Shown here: positions 13,690 through 27,467 of the stretch, one piece after another
Layout: each line of letters opens with the position of its first letter
Numbering within the stretch: the stretch's first letter is position 1
NCBI GenBank assembly: GCA_038087875.1
Contig: JAXLNO010000297.1
Span: forward strand, 1 to 64,000
DNA from: Malacoraja senta
Taxonomy: Eukaryota
Reading direction: 5' to 3'
Length of the DNA: 64,000 bases
The notes under the pieces: generated by a model
The model's input: only the letters and a program-made list of their open reading frames with translations
Database searches by the model: none
What the model was told of the DNA's origin: nothing
Position numbers and translations under genes: made by a program

Positions 13690-14745
13690 TTGAGTAACGC
13701 AGCGGGCCGGGCACAATCTCTGGAGAACATGGATGGGTGACGTTTCGGGTCGGGACCTTTGTTCAGACCGATTGTGGAAGGGGAGAGATGCTGGAGGAGA
13801 GGAAGGGGTGGATAAAACCTGGCAAGTTATAGGTGGATACATGTGACGGGTTGGTGGATAGACAGATGGTTGCACAAAAGGCCAGAAATGAAAAGATAAA
13901 AACTGTGAAATATGGATAGAAGTTTTGCGAACTGTGAAGACAGAATACGAAATGTTGATGGGGCGGAGGGGGCGCGGGGCGGGGGGGGGGGGTGGTTGTT
14001 GTAATAAAGTGTCCGAGTCCAGGTGGCCACAGCGAAGAGAGGGACGGAAGGAGTGGAGGGGAATGGGTGTGTTTAAGATAGTTAGCTAACATTGGAGATT
14101 GGTGTGAACATTGAATTCTCCAATGTTAGCTAACCATCTTAAATTGATGGTGGAGTTGATGAAGTCCATGGGTTCTGCATGAGTGCAGGAGATAGCACCG
14201 ATGCAGTCATCAATGTAACAGAGATAGAGTTAGGGGATAAGGCCAGTGTGCGCCTGGAACAGGGATTGTTCCCTACAAAGAGGCAGGCATAGCTGGAGCC
14301 CATGCAGGTGCCCATAGCTACGCCTTGACTTGGAGGAAGTGTGAGGAGTCAATGGAATTGTTGATGGTGAGGACCAACACCACTAGGCGGACTAATGTTA
14401 GTAGAGGGAAATTGGATGGTTCTGTGGTCGAGTAAAAAACGGAGGGCTTTCAGGCCTTCCTGGTAAGGGGTGGAGGGGTAGAGTGACTTAACGTCATAGT
14501 AAAGATGAGGGAGCTCGGACAGCGGAAGTCATTAAAGAGACGAAGAGCTTGTGAGGTATCTTGGATATAGGTCGGGAGAGATTGAACCAGGGGGAATAGG
14601 ATGGGCTCGAGATACATGGGAATCATTTCCGTGGGACAGGAGCAGGCAGAAACAATAGGTCTGTCAGGCAGTTGTGTTGGTGGATTGTCGGGAGAAGGTA
14701 AAACCGGGCTGTGCGGCACTGGGAAATGATCAGATTAGTTAGTTA
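13690..14745 (-). mobile_element. Penelope-like element remnant (RT plus 3' pLTR)
   Basis: Minus-strand GVAMGTCMGSSYACLF and YIDDCIG RT motifs; pLTR tail with a hammerhead-like motif near 13737-13770. Confidence 0.75.
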
Positions 14746-15205
14746 TGGGGACTGACGGGAGATTCTGTGGCATAAACGGAAGACCTTTAGAGGAATATAA
14801 CATCACGAGGTACATAGTTAGAAACATGATTTCCCAGTGCAGAAATGTCAAGACTAGAAGATATATATTTTAATGTTTAGTTTAGTTCAGAGACACAATG
14901 TGGAAACAGTACCTTCGGCCCACAGAGTACAAGCCGACCAATGGTCACCCATAGACTAATGATTTCCTACATACTGGGGACAATTTACAGGAGCCAAATT
15001 AACCTACAAACCACGTCTTTGAAATATGGGAAAAATCCAGAGTACCCGGAGAAATCCCACGCGGTCACGGGAAGAACATACAACCCCCCGGACAGCAACA
15101 GTAATCAGGAAGGAAACCGGGAATGTAACGCTGTACGGCAGCAATTCTACCTCTGTGCCCCTATGCTGCTCTGGACAAAGGTGTGTGGTCAACTATTTAA
15201 AGGAG

Positions 15206-15240
15206 ACTAGACCACTGGGACCCGTTGGCTCCCTGTCACA
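15206..15240 (-). mobile_element. Possible Helitron 3' terminus
   Basis: Minus strand reads as an imperfect GC-rich hairpin followed by CTAG-t. Confidence 0.4.
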
Positions 15241-16269
15241 CGGGATGCCTGGTATCCCAAAGCAATATGTCCACCAATAACTGGTAGCCCCCACGGGATG
15301 TGTGGTTCCCCAACCTAAGATTCCACCCTTCCGGCCGCAACACTTCCAATTGCAATACTTCACCCTCCCCCTCCTGTTCAAGCACTTGCTGGCAGGAGCT
15401 GTACTTGACAGGAATAGACCATTCGCTCCTCAGTGACGACTATAATGCCAAGTTAAGCTAATCTCCTCTGCTCACAAATGATCCAATTTCCTCTATTCAC
15501 TGCATGTCCATGTGTCTATCTACAAGCCACTTAAGCTCCACTTGGATGTCGCTCTTCCAACACCCCTGGCAGCGCGTTGCAGGTACTCATCATTATGTTA
15601 AAAATACAACCCCGCACATATTCAAACCTTGACAGTTTCACCGTAAAAACCATGTAGGCTGTGGGCCGAGGAGTATTTCGTGACCCAAGTCGCAGAATTA
15701 CATGAAATTTTCACATATTGTGTAAAAATATTATGTAAATCACCCCTGAAACTCGTCGAGTACAAGACTTGCACATTTTTATTAAATTAAAGAAAAAACT
15801 GGAAATTATCGGGTATTTTTAGTCCAATCAAAGCACGTTTAACATTGAGTAGTATGCCAGTTGGCCAATCACGCGCTTTGTTTCAGGCTAGCTAGGCAGG
15901 GAGCACACAACATGGCTGATAGTACTTCTACTGATGCCTGTTTTACTGGAAATTACGATGAAGATTCTTTCTAGTTCTGTGGGATACATGTCGTGGAAAC
16001 TTGCCGGAGGGTAATTGAATTTAGTGAGAAAAGCATTAAGAAGTCTGAAGAATGTGCAGCTAAGTGGATAGAAGTGGAAAAAGTCTTGAAAGCTAAGTCG
16101 CTGCTGAGGTGCTGCAACACAGAGTTGTGAAACCAGTCAAACTTTGTGAATCAACTCAAACAGAAAGGTAAGATCTAAAGTCTGAATTTATGAAAATTAA
16201 TCTGTATGGACTTTAATTAATTTAATTGCACCCTTTATAATGTGAAAATATGAGTTTTGGAGGCTGTAC

Positions 16270-16396
16270 TTTCACTCTTCATTCACACTCATTCATTCAC
16301 TCATTCATTCACTATTCATTCACTCACACATTCACTTAACTCATTCATTCACTCATTCATTCACTCATTCACTCATTCACTCATTCACTCATTCAT
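16270..16396. repeat. (TTCA/CTCA)n microsatellite
   Basis: Direct reading. Confidence 0.9.
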
Positions 16397-16638
16397 GAAG
16401 TTGAGGGCGTAAACTATGTGTATCCATAGCAAGGTAATTTAAACATTGTCACTAATGCCAGCTTGTTGTAGTCTAATAAGTCTTTAACATCTAATCTCGG
16501 AGCTGCCTGCGATCACTTACCGAGTACAAGTGCTCCGATCGCGGGGCCTATGTACTTAACATAGTGAAGCCGCGGTCTCAATTAAGAAGCGGACGATTCG
16601 CGAACGCGGAGCCGCGGAGTGTGTTTGGATCATCTCCG

Positions 16639-16673
<35 letters not shown>

Positions 16674-17199
16674 GGGGGGAGGCTGTACATAGTGCCGTCC
16701 GCTACGGCCGTTTCCAGGCCCCGACCACGGGAGAAAAACGGAGGAATATTCATTGCACTTTATAGGCTGCCATTGGAGTGAGAAATGGTCAGAAATGGCT
16801 GATGTTTATGTAGAAATGAATAGGTGTATGTGAACTTGAACTAATTTATCTATGGTAGTAACCTAGTGTTATCTCATTAACATTAAGAAGAGGTTGAAAT
16901 TTTATGAATTGAAGTCCATGCAGACTTAATGACTATGAGATGTTGTTTTTGTAGCCTCTGCCTGACCCTCCACTTGAACTTGAACTAACTTATCAATGGA
17001 CTTATCAAAAGACTTGGAATCTGATGAAGAATATTCAGATGAAGATCAGATGTAATGTAAACAAATAAATTGGGGAAATAAATGATTATATAAAGTTTTA
17101 TTTTAGTGTCGATCGTTTCACTGTTTATTTGGTCAAATTATTTAAACAATGAGTGAATTACTTATGATAATGGCGTGCTGGTGAATGACAGTGCGACGG

Positions 17200-17515
17200 T
17201 CCACCCACCCATCCACACATACATACACACATCCACACACATATCCATCCGTACGCACACTTCCATGCATGCACACACACACATACATACATGCACACAT
17301 ACATCCGCACACACACACACACATCCATCCGCACGCAGACATACATGTACACATCCATGCACACACATACATCCACACACATACATCCAAACATACATCC
17401 ACACACATACATCCACATATACATCCACACATCCATCCATCCACACATACACACACACTTACATCCACACATCCACATATACACGTTTGACAGGTATACA
17501 CAGACACACACACAA
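17200..17515. repeat. Degenerate (CA/CATC/CATA)n microsatellite
   Basis: Direct reading. Confidence 0.9.
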
Positions 17516-18249
17516 ACTACAGATACTCAAACAATGCAACACTTTTAGGTTATTTAGGTTAAAAGTAATAGCCCTCATTTGCAAAGGCACCATCGGGGGG
17601 GTGGTCTCTAACATAAATATAAGCTCATTGTAGCTTAAAATGAATACTCATCGAGTAAACATCAGAGCATTCGATTCTTGGTCAGGATGTGACATTTACA
17701 TCAGAAATAAGACAGGTCACTTACAGGTCTGCCACCCAGCCTGGCACTGCCCCAGTCCCACTATGGCCGTTACCCCCACTCTCCCCACTATGGCAGTCAG
17801 TAGGGTTCAGTAAAAGGGGGAACCCAGAGGATCTGTCCTGACCCTTTAATTAGGCAGGTTCATGTGCCCTTAAAACCTGGGACCTCTGCTGCAGTCTCAT
17901 TAAATTTCATATTAAAGCAACTGGAAGATGCCTTGCAGGACTGTTCCCCAGCCTGGGACTGCCCCAGTCCCCACTATGGCCGTGACCCCCACTCTGCGGG
18001 GGTTCAGTAAAGGGAGGAACCCACAAGGACTGCCCTCACCCATTAATTAGGCTGGTTCAGGAGCAGGACCTCTGCGACAGTGTCATTAAAAAACCACACT
18101 CACAATTATATTCATCATATTATTTTATTTTCTACAATTATACTTAATTATATATGATTACAGTCATATTTACAAGTCATATATATATATATAGTTTAAA
18201 TGGACTGCAACACGGAAATCGGCTGCCCATGGTGTAATATGGGCATTGG

Positions 18250-18262
18250 CCACTAGATGGCG
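18250..18262 (+). promoter_or_regulatory. CTCF consensus-like site
   Basis: ccactagatggcg matches the CTCF core CCASYAGRKGGCR. Confidence 0.5.
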
Positions 18263-18979
18263 GTTACTTTCCCGATCTCATTTTCTAATTAGTTTAATTA
18301 ATTAATGTGCAGCTTTTGGCATTGACGAGTTATGACTTCCTTCTCACTTATATTTCATCTAAATCTGTGGAAAATTTCATGTAGTTCTGTGACCTGGGTC
18401 CGAAAACCTATTTCTAGACACATTTTTGATGCTCGGCCCACAGCCTAGTTGTACGTAAGGTCATCGGGTCAAAGGGCGTGACGCACGGAGCAGCTCAATC
18501 CTTCTGGAGGACATGGCAGCCTCCGGCATACACTGTTAACACACGAAACGCGTACTTTCCTACCTGTTAAAAACCGTGAAAATTGTCATTTTTTGCGCTG
18601 TAAATAATTGTGGAGGGTGATGAGCGCTCTGAACCAAATGCTCCAGTATCTTTGCTCTAACCCGAGCACCAAGGTGTAAGCGGCCGAAGGAGCGCATCCC
18701 TCGGGACAGCCCCCACTCTCCCCACCGTGTCAGCGCAGTCTGGCCACGGCTGCCCTCCGCCCACCCTCCCCCTCTGCGGCCGCACTGTCACGGGCTGTGG
18801 GTTGGTAGCGCCCACGCGCGGGGCCGGGTGGAGAGGGGCCGCGGCTCCTGTCGAGCAGCGGACACATGGGGACGAAAACCCGGCAACGTTCCTGTCATCG
18901 GTAGCAGAGTAGGGGACAGTCTGGTCCCTCCGCTCACCCAGAGTCACTGACCGCGCTGCACCGGCACCTCGACCTCTCA

Positions 18980-19665
18980 GCACCCCCCCCTCTCCAACCA
19001 CCCCCCTCCTCGACCACTACCCGCCCCCCCCGACCACTACCCGCCCCCCGACCACCACCCCCCCCGACCACCACCCTCCCCGACCACCACCCACCCCCCC
19101 GACCACCACCCACCCTCCCCGACCACCCCCCTCCTCGACCACTACCCCCCCCCCGACCACCACCCTCCTCGACCACTACCCCCCCCCCGACCACCACCCT
19201 CCCCGACCACCACCAACCGCACCCGACCACCACCCACCCTCCCCGACCACCACCCACCCCCCCGACCACCCCCCCACAACCACCCCCCCACCCCCCCACC
19301 ACCACCCAGCCCCCCCCAGCCCCCCCGACCACCACCCACCCCCCCCCGATCACCCCCCTCCCCGACCACCCCCCTCCCCGACCACTCACCCTCCGACCAC
19401 CACCCCCCCTCCGACCACCACCACCCCCTCCCCGACCACTCACCCTCCGACCACCACCCCCCCTCCGACCACGACCACCACCACCCCCGCGACCACCACC
19501 CACCCCCCCGATCACCCCCCTCCCCGACCACCCACCCCCCCGACCACCACCCACCCCCCGACCATCACCAACCCCCCCGAGCACCACCACCCCCCCCGAC
19601 CACCACCACACCCCCCGACCACCCCACCCATCCCCGACCACCCACCGCCCCGACCACCCACCACT
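18980..19665. repeat. (CCGACCACC)n-like C-rich minisatellite
   Basis: Direct reading; extreme strand skew. Confidence 0.9.
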
Positions 19666-20542
19666 CCGGAACCTGGACTGGAATGTGGAAAATAATGTTT
19701 CAGTTTTATTACGTGGCATCAAATCACAAAAGCGACAAATAAGATAAGTGGGTGGGGGAGGTTGTGATGAGGGCGGGGATTGGGGTGGGGAGCAAGTTGA
19801 CGGGTGAGTTGTATGGACCAAAGATATTAGAGGAGCAAGTTAGACCACTCCTGCAAAATCCAATGGACAGACGTGTAGTACGCAACGGAACGCAACGGAA
19901 CGTCACTTCCAACTATTTAGGAATAAGACCCCGATCCCCGTTATACCTCTCGCAGTTTAATCCCCGCCAGTCCATTGGATTTTGCAGTTTATCTTGGCCT
20001 CTTAGCCTTCTATGTTAGACCATTATTATCTTTGTTTATAATAAATAAGGTGCTTTAAAAAAAAATTTAAAGGGAAACTGCGTATAAAATGGGCGACAAT
20101 GCGCAATGAAAGGTCTCTGGACCATATGCATTCTATGATCTTTAGTTTAATCAGTGTTGTGGGGGTACGGTATGTGTGTGTTTCTGTGTGTGAGTGGCAA
20201 GATAGAGATAATATATTTCAAAGTTCCTCATGGATCAGAAGCAACACTGATTTAAAGCAACTCATGATGTACATGAGCCATTCTCATGATGTACATAAGC
20301 CATAAAGGCAATTATATTTGCCTTTATTTTTTTGCCTATAAGATATAAGGAACATAAGCAATAATATATTTGCCTATATTTTTGCCTATATTTATATATT
20401 ATAAACACGTATATATATATTATATATATGATACACACACATATACGAATGTGATATTGATGTATATAATTATATAACACACATATTTCTCTAGTTTCTT
20501 ATATATATAAACACATATATTCATTATATATGTACATATTAC

Positions 20543-20900
20543 AGGGCTCTCGCTAAATTTTTCCCCCTGTTGCCAGCCGGTTAACCTAGGTTGCCAAATG
20601 ACAGTTTAGGTGGTCATTTAAGACGGCTTGCATGACACGTGCGATAATGTGCTTGGACGAAGTGCGTAGTTACCAGTCGGAATTATGGTCAATGAAGCAT
20701 TCACGTATTATTTCTGCTTCAAATAAAGTCACAAACTAAACATTTTCACCAATTCAAGACATGATATATACCACAATGACATGCAGCAAAATTACAATAC
20801 AGTATCTCATCTCTTTTTACACGTTGCAATGAATGCAATTTCTATTATTTCTTTCCATTTCCAAACAAATTTCTGGTTGGATTATTCAGCGCATGATCAA
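20543..20900. mobile_element. Possible hAT-like transposon left end, truncated by a Penelope element
   Basis: Begins cagggctctcgctaa immediately after an AT microsatellite; no matching right end found. Confidence 0.3.
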
Positions 20901-20904
20901 CCTC

Positions 20905-22062
20905 AGTGAGACCAAGTGCAGGCTTGGCGATCGCTTCGCACAACACCTACACTCAGCTCGCAATAACCAACCTGATCTCCCGGTGGCTCAGCACTTCAAC
21001 TCCCCCTCCCATTCCAAATCCGACCTTTCTGTCCTGGGCCTCCTCCATGGCCAGAGTGAGGCCCACCGCATATTGGAGGAGCAGCACCTCATATTTTGCT
21101 TGGGTAGTTTACACCCCAGCAATATGAACACTGGCTTCTCTAATTTCAGGTAGTCCTTGCTTTCTCCCTCCTTCCCCTCCCGTTCCCAGCTCTCCCACAG
21201 CCTACTGTCCCCGCCTCTTCCTTTCTTTTTCCAGACTCCCCCCATCCGTAATCAGTCTGAAGTAGGGTCTCGACCCGAAACGTCGACTATTCCTTCGCTC
21301 CATAGATGCTGCCTTACCCGCAGATTTTCTCCAGCTTTGTCTACCAACGGGATCCCACCACTGGCCACATCTTCCCATCTCCTCCCCTGTTGGTTTTCCG
21401 CAGAGACCGCTCCTTCCGTAACTCCCTGGTCATTTCGTCCCTTCCCACCCAAACCACCCCCCTCTCCTGGCACTTTCCCTTGCAACTGCAGGAATGCTAC
21501 ACTTGTCGCTTTACCTCCACCCTTGACTCCATTCAAGGACCCAAGCCGTCTTTCCAGGTACGGCAGAGGTTCACCTGCACCTCCTCCAACCTCATCCATT
21601 GCATCCGCTGCTCTTGGTGTCAGCTGCTCTACATCGGTGAGACCAAGCATAGGTTTGGCGATCGCTTTGCCCAACACCTCCGCTCGGTTCGCAATAACCA
21701 ACCTGATCTCCCGGTGGCTCAGCACTTCAACTCCCCCTCCCATTCCGAATCTGACTTTCTGTCCTGGGCCTCCTCCATGGCCAGAGTGAGGCCCACCGTA
21801 AATTGGAGGAGCAGCACCTCATATTTTGCTTGGGCAGTTTACACCCCAGCATTATGCAAATTGACCTACAATTTCAGGTAGTCCCTGTTTTCTCCTCCGC
21901 TTCCCAGCTCTCCCTCAGCCCACTGTCTCTGCCTCTTCCTTTCTTCTTCCCACCCCCTCCACCCTCATATCAGTTTGAAGAAGGGTCTCGACCCAAAACG
22001 TCGCCTATTTCCTTCGCTCCATAGATGCTGCCTCACCCGCTGAGTTTCTCCAGCATTTCTGT
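20905..22062 (+). mobile_element. Penelope-like element, GIY-YIG endonuclease region in partial-tandem (pLTR) arrangement
   Basis: CTSSNLIHCIRCSWCQLLYIGETKHRFGDRFAQH. The 3' segment is duplicated (20905-21345 and 21637-22062). Confidence 0.88.
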
Positions 22063-22067
22063 CTCCC

Positions 22068-22290
22068 CATTCACACAAGTTCTGTTATCCCACTTTCCTC
22101 ACCCACTCCCTGCACGTTAGGGGCAATTTTACAGAGACAAGTTAACCTACAAAGCCAATGCGTCTTTGGGATGTGGGAGGAAACCTACACGCTTGCAGGG
22201 AGAATGTGCAAATTCAACACAGACAGTGCCAGAGGACAGGATCGAACACAGATCCTTGGCGTGTGAGGCAGGAAGTCCACCAGCTGTGGA
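22068..22290 (-). mobile_element. HE1-type SINE
   Basis: B box gttcgatcc on the minus strand; same body as the other SINE copies. Confidence 0.75.
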
Positions 22291-22309
22291 CTTACTTTCG
22301 CATTGAAAA

Positions 22310-22965
22310 TTAAAAAAAATTAAACCGTTTTCGGTCGCCTCCTTGACGGAGAGACGACTTTTTCCATGTCGCCTCCCTCGCGGCCTAACAGCTTGGATTG
22401 GAGCGGCCTTCCCCGGAGTCAGGCCGGAGCATCAGCAGCAGGCGCAGCATGGACTTTTCCATCACGGAGCGGGCAAACCCTTGCCAGGGGTCGCCAAAAA
22501 GGAGTGCTCCAATCGCTGGCCTGGTGACTTTGGCATCATGGGGCTGTCGTCTGCGGAGCTTCTAGTCGCGGGCATAGCGTGGAATTACCATCCGAAGTCT
22601 GTAATCCCTGCGGCCTATAACATCCTGAAGCCGCGGTCTACGGTAGGAAAGTGCCGATTCGGGACCTCCAAGCCACGGAGTGTGTTTGACCATCCCGACG
22701 TCGGAGTTTTGATCATCCCAACAAGAGGGCCTGCACATTCGGCCGTCCGTAGCAGTGACTACGGAGGGTTTATGGCCCCAACCATGGGTGAACAAAGGAG
22801 GAGGACTGGCTGAACCTTGTTGCCTTCCACCACAGTGAACAATGCTGTGGTGGATGTTTGTGTTAAATTATATTGTGTATTGTGTGTTTTTTAAGTGTAT
22901 CGCTGCTGGCAAATTCATTTCACTGCACCTTCGGGTGCATGTGACGAATAAAATTGACTCTGACT
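22310..22965 (+). mobile_element. GC-rich non-coding retroposon with a Rex1-like 3' tail
   Basis: Ends catttcactgcacct..gtgacgaataaa followed by (ttgact)-type repeats; no RT ORF. Confidence 0.45.
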
Positions 22966-23091
22966 TTGGTACTTTTAGGCAGCAACTTTAAGGCCAATGT
23001 ACTGCCCCATAGTCTTCAACTGAATTAAAACACACAGTAGCTGTAAAGGGGACGCAGAGTGACTTAGAGATTTAAGACTGAAAATGGATAG

Positions 23092-23097
23092 TTTATT
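23092..23097 (-). promoter_or_regulatory. Candidate polyadenylation signal of the ZSWIM3-like gene
   Basis: AATAAA on the minus strand about 700 bp past the predicted stop. Confidence 0.35.
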
Positions 23098-23808
23098 TTG
23101 GTTATTTGTTAGTAACCAAAGTTACCAACGCATATTTTTTTGCGCATTGGAATCAAGAAATAGTGGCACAGCTGGTAAAGTTGCTGCCTCACATGTCAGA
23201 GATAGAACTAGTGTGAATGGGTGATTGATGGTCAGCATGGACTTGGTGGGCCGAAGGGCCTGTTTCCATGCTAAATCTCTAATGGATATATGCAAGAGAC
23301 CAAAGTATGAAGATGCACTGAAAACCTAGAGGGCTGAAAGATTGGAGGATGCAGCGTGAATGGCAAAATTCATGTTTCTTTTTAATCTTCTCTGACAACC
23401 ACAGGTTAGGTGTATAAATCAAACAGTTTCCTGATTTTAGTTTTGATTCTGACAGATTTTTGATGCACACACACATGCAAAGTGCACACACAGCTGATTG
23501 CATACACACATGGACACACACATGGTCACACACGTATGTTGGATGCATCCGTACACGCACACACTTAACATGCACACATGTGACACACACAGGGCAGAGT
23601 GACAGTTCACTATCAATGGCGATCGATATATGGCAGTGTTCATTGGGTGCATCTGTACACACTCAGACACACAAGCGTAACACACACGGGGATATGAAGA
23701 GAAAGCAACTTAGATCCTAATTCCTGGGATCACGGTGAATCACTGACTGGGCGCGGCTCCCACTGTCTGTCGGTCAGTCAGATCTGAAATCAGTTCTTGT
23801 GCACATCT

Positions 23809-23861
23809 TCAACTTGCCTCGGTGGCTGGAGACGACGATTCTTGCTGTGTTGCACCAGTCA
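23809..23861 (-). CDS. ZSWIM3-like gene, candidate terminal coding exon 6
   Basis: Acceptor ttgttttatcag; phase-1 continuation from exon 5 gives VTGATQQESSSPATEAS-stop. Confidence 0.55.
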
Positions 23862-24364
23862 CTGATAAAACAAAGGAACACAACGAGTGAGTGATGTTGG
23901 AGGGGGCACAACAATGTAAGCCGAGAGGGAAACAGACAGTAATAAATTACTGGGGGACACACATAGTAATGTGTCCAGAGTACACCAGGGAGTAAAGGTT
24001 GTCATGGTGCAAAACGGTCAAACAATATTTGAGGAAACATACAGTAATAAATCATGCTAAAGGGCTCGGTAAGTCCTGCTGAGTTACTCCAGCAATTTGT
24101 GTCTATCTTCGGTCAATAAGTATCAGAGGGCCTGTCTATCAGTGGAAAGGGAATCTTCTGAAAGATAAAATGGTGAGAGGGGCAAAGTTTCAAGGAGATG
24201 TGCGAGGTAATTTTTTTTTCTCATTTTCATTTTACACGGAAGATGCTGAGTGTCTGGAACAGGCAAGGGTGGTGAATCTGTGGAATTCTTGGCCACAGAA
24301 GGTTGTGGAGGCAAAGTCAGTGGATATATTTAAGGCAGAGATAGATAGATTCTTGATTAGTGCA

Positions 24365-25540
24365 GGTGCCAGAGGTTATGGGAGATATCAATATGCAGGT
24401 AGACTGGGAAAATCAGGTTGGCTATGGACCCCAAGAAAGGGAGTTTGCAGGGTGCCTCCGAGATGGATTCTTAGAGCAGCCTGTACTGGAGCCTACCAGG
24501 GAGAAAGCAATTCTGGATTTAGTGTTGTGTAATGATTTGATAAGGGAACTCAGGGTAAGGAACCATTAGGAAGTGGTGACCATAACATGATGTTTAAATC
24601 TACAATTTGAGAGGGAGAAGGTAAAATCAGAAATGTCAGTATTGCATTTGAACAAAGGGGACTATGGAGGCAGGCGGGAGGAGCTGGCCAAAGTTGACTG
24701 GATAGGGATAGGTTGGGTGAATGGGGAAATGCATGGCAGATGCAGTATAATGTGAACAAATGTGAGGTTATCCACTTTGGTGGCAAGAACAAGGCAGATT
24801 ATGATCTGAATGGTGTCAGATTAGGAAAAGGGGAAGTGCAACAAGACCTGGGTGTCCAAGTACATCAGTCACTGAAAGTAAACTTGCAGGTACAGCAGGC
24901 AGTGAAGAATGTTAATGGCATGTTGGCCTTCATAACGAGAGGATTTGAGTACGAGCAAAGAGGTTCTTCTGCAGTTGTACAGGGCCTTGGTGAGACCACA
25001 CCTGGAGTATTGTGTGCAGCTTTGGTCCCCTAATTTGAGGAAGGACATTCTTGCTATTGAGGGAGTGCAGCATAGGTTCACGAGGTTAATTCCCAGGATT
25101 GTGGGACTGTCATATGATGAAAGAATGGAACGACTGAGCTTGTATTCACTGGAATTTAGGATGAGAAGGGATCTTACAGAAACACATAAAATTATTGAGC
25201 GATTGGACAAGCTAGATGCAGGAAACATGTTCCCGATGTTGGGGGAGTCCAGAAACAGGGACCTCAGCTTAAGAATAAGTGGTAGGCCATTTAGAAGTGA
25301 GATGAGGAGAAACATTTTCACCCAGAGTTGTGAATTTGTGGAATTCTCTGCCTCAGAAGGGAGTGGAGTCCGATTCACTGGATGCATTCAAAAGGGAGTT
25401 GGATAGAGCTCAGGGCTAGCAGAATCAAGGGATATGGAGAGAAGGCAGGAACGGGGTACTGATTGTGGATGATCAACCATTGAATGGCGGTGCTGCCTCG
25501 AAGAGCCGAATGGCTAACTCCTGCACCTATTTTCTATGTT
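24365..25540 (+). mobile_element. CR1 LINE, internally deleted
   Basis: EPTREKAILDLVL endonuclease end joined to WQMQYNVNKC...LVRPHLEYCVQLWSP. Confidence 0.85.
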
Positions 25541-26679
25541 ATGGGGAGAAGGCAGGAGAATGGGGTTAGGAGGGGGAGATGAATCAGTCATGATTGAATG
25601 GCGGAGTAGACTTGATGGGACAAATGGCCTAATTCCTCTCATTTAGCTTATTATCTTCTGAACCATATGTGGCGGTAGAGGCAGATGTGATCGTGGTGTT
25701 TACGAGGTAGTAGATAGGCACATGGATATGCATAGAATGGAGAGATTTGATTATGTGCAGACAGATGAGAATAGCTAATCTTGGCCTTGCGTCTGGCAGT
25801 GTGGACGTAAAGGCCTGTTCCTGTGCTGTACAGATAAATGTTCACAACCTATGCAGTCTAGTTTTAGTACAGCAGTCAACAGACCCTGACTATCTCCCCT
25901 ATCTATGTCCCTCATAAAGCTATAAACCACAACCTCACAGCTTTGATTCCCACCGCAACAGCCCAGACCTCACTCCGCTGGCAAGGTTATCTTTAAATAC
26001 AAGGAACAGCAGATGCTGGTTTACAGCAATAGCAAGAAAATGCTTGAGTATCTCAGCAAGTCAGGCAGTATCTCTGAAGGAGAGCATGAGGCAACATTTG
26101 CGTTGGGACCCTGCAGACTGATTGTGGTAGAGGGAGGGGAGAAGGCTGAAAGAGAGGTGGGGCTGGGACAAAGTCTGGCAAGTGACAAGTGGATATATAC
26201 CACATCCAGGTGGGCGAGAGGTGGGTATTTGTCTCACCCCATGACACAACATTCATGGGGACACACCATCCCCTCCATGACACACTGGTAAACCTGAGGA
26301 GCACCTTCAGCAACAGACTGGTTCCACTAAGATGCAGTACAGAACGCCACAGGAGATCATTCTTCCCTGTGGCTATCAAACTGTACAACTCCTCCCCCTT
26401 CTGTGGGGTAGACTGACTCCCCTCCCCAATATCTGCACATCGCCAATCCTTTCCACTCATCACTAATTTCATGTTTCATGTATCTTGTGTTTTATGAATG
26501 TTGGCAGATCAATTTCCCTCATGGGATCAATAAAAGTTCTATCGTATCGCATCATCCAGATTGCTTCCCCTACAACAATTAGTATGGTGGGTCCTGACCC
26601 GAAACGTCACCTATCCTCATCCTCCAGAGATGCTGCCTGATCCGCTGAGTTACTCCAGCACTTAGTGTCCACTTTCTAC

Positions 26680-27420
26680 AGTACTTCCCTGAAAGTGGCA
26701 ACATATGTGGAGAGAGTGGTCAAGAAGGCATACGGTATGCTTGCTTTCATGGGTCATGGGTGCATTGACTATAACAGTCAGGAAGTCATGATGCATCTTT
26801 ATAGGACTTTGGTTTAGGTTGCATTTGGAGTCTTGCATCCAGTTCTGGTTGCCCCATTATAGGAAGTATTTGGAAGCTTTGGAGAGAGACCAGGAGGTTT
26901 GCCAGAATATTTTGCCTGGATTAGGAGGCATTAGCTACAGGGAGAACTTGGACATACTTGGATTGTTTCCTCTGGAATGCCGGAGGTTGCGGAGAGACCT
27001 AATAGAGGTTTGTAAAATGATGAAAGGCATAGATGGGGTGGAGAGTCAGGATCCTTCTCCCAGAATTAAAAAAATCAAATACTAGAGGGCATTGCATTAA
27101 AGTGAAAAGGGTAGAGTTTAAAGGAGATGTGCGGAGCAAGTTTCTTTTTACACAGAGGATGGCGAGTGCCTGGATCGCGCTGCCAGGGGTGGAAGTTGAA
27201 GCAGATACAATAGTGGCATTTGAAATACTTTTAGATAGGCACATGGATATGCATGGTTCTTGGTTGGTTCTTGGTTTCTTGGTCCTCCAAAATATTCCAA
27301 ATGGAATTTAAACTGGAGGTGGGGAGATATGGATTATATGCAGGTAGATAAGCGATGGTCTTGGCATCATGTTCATTGTGTGCTGAAGGGCCTGTTGTTG
27401 TGCTGTATTGCTCCATGTTT
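26680..27420 (+). mobile_element. Degraded CR1 3' fragment with a small insertion (27254-27322) of another LINE's 3' tail
   Basis: HLESCIQFWLP; the insert is the reverse complement of 50157-50217. Confidence 0.75.
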
Positions 27421-27467
27421 TGTGTGTATCTTTGCTTCACTCTCTCTGAGACTGCGTCGCTACAAAC

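Larger units (their letters stand above)
15655..18447 (+). mobile_element. TIR DNA transposon with TAG...CTA termini (Academ-like by termini), internally deleted
   Basis: Perfect 16-bp TIR taggctgtgggccgag / ctcggcccacagccta, plus subterminal inverted block about 15682-15715 / 18366-18400. No clear TSD. Confidence 0.7.

Noticed and set aside
17142..17633. Multiple Cys/Val or His/Thr ORFs
   Set aside because: Microsatellite translations.
18934..19821. 295-aa Gly-rich ORF
   Set aside because: Artefact of the C-rich minisatellite.
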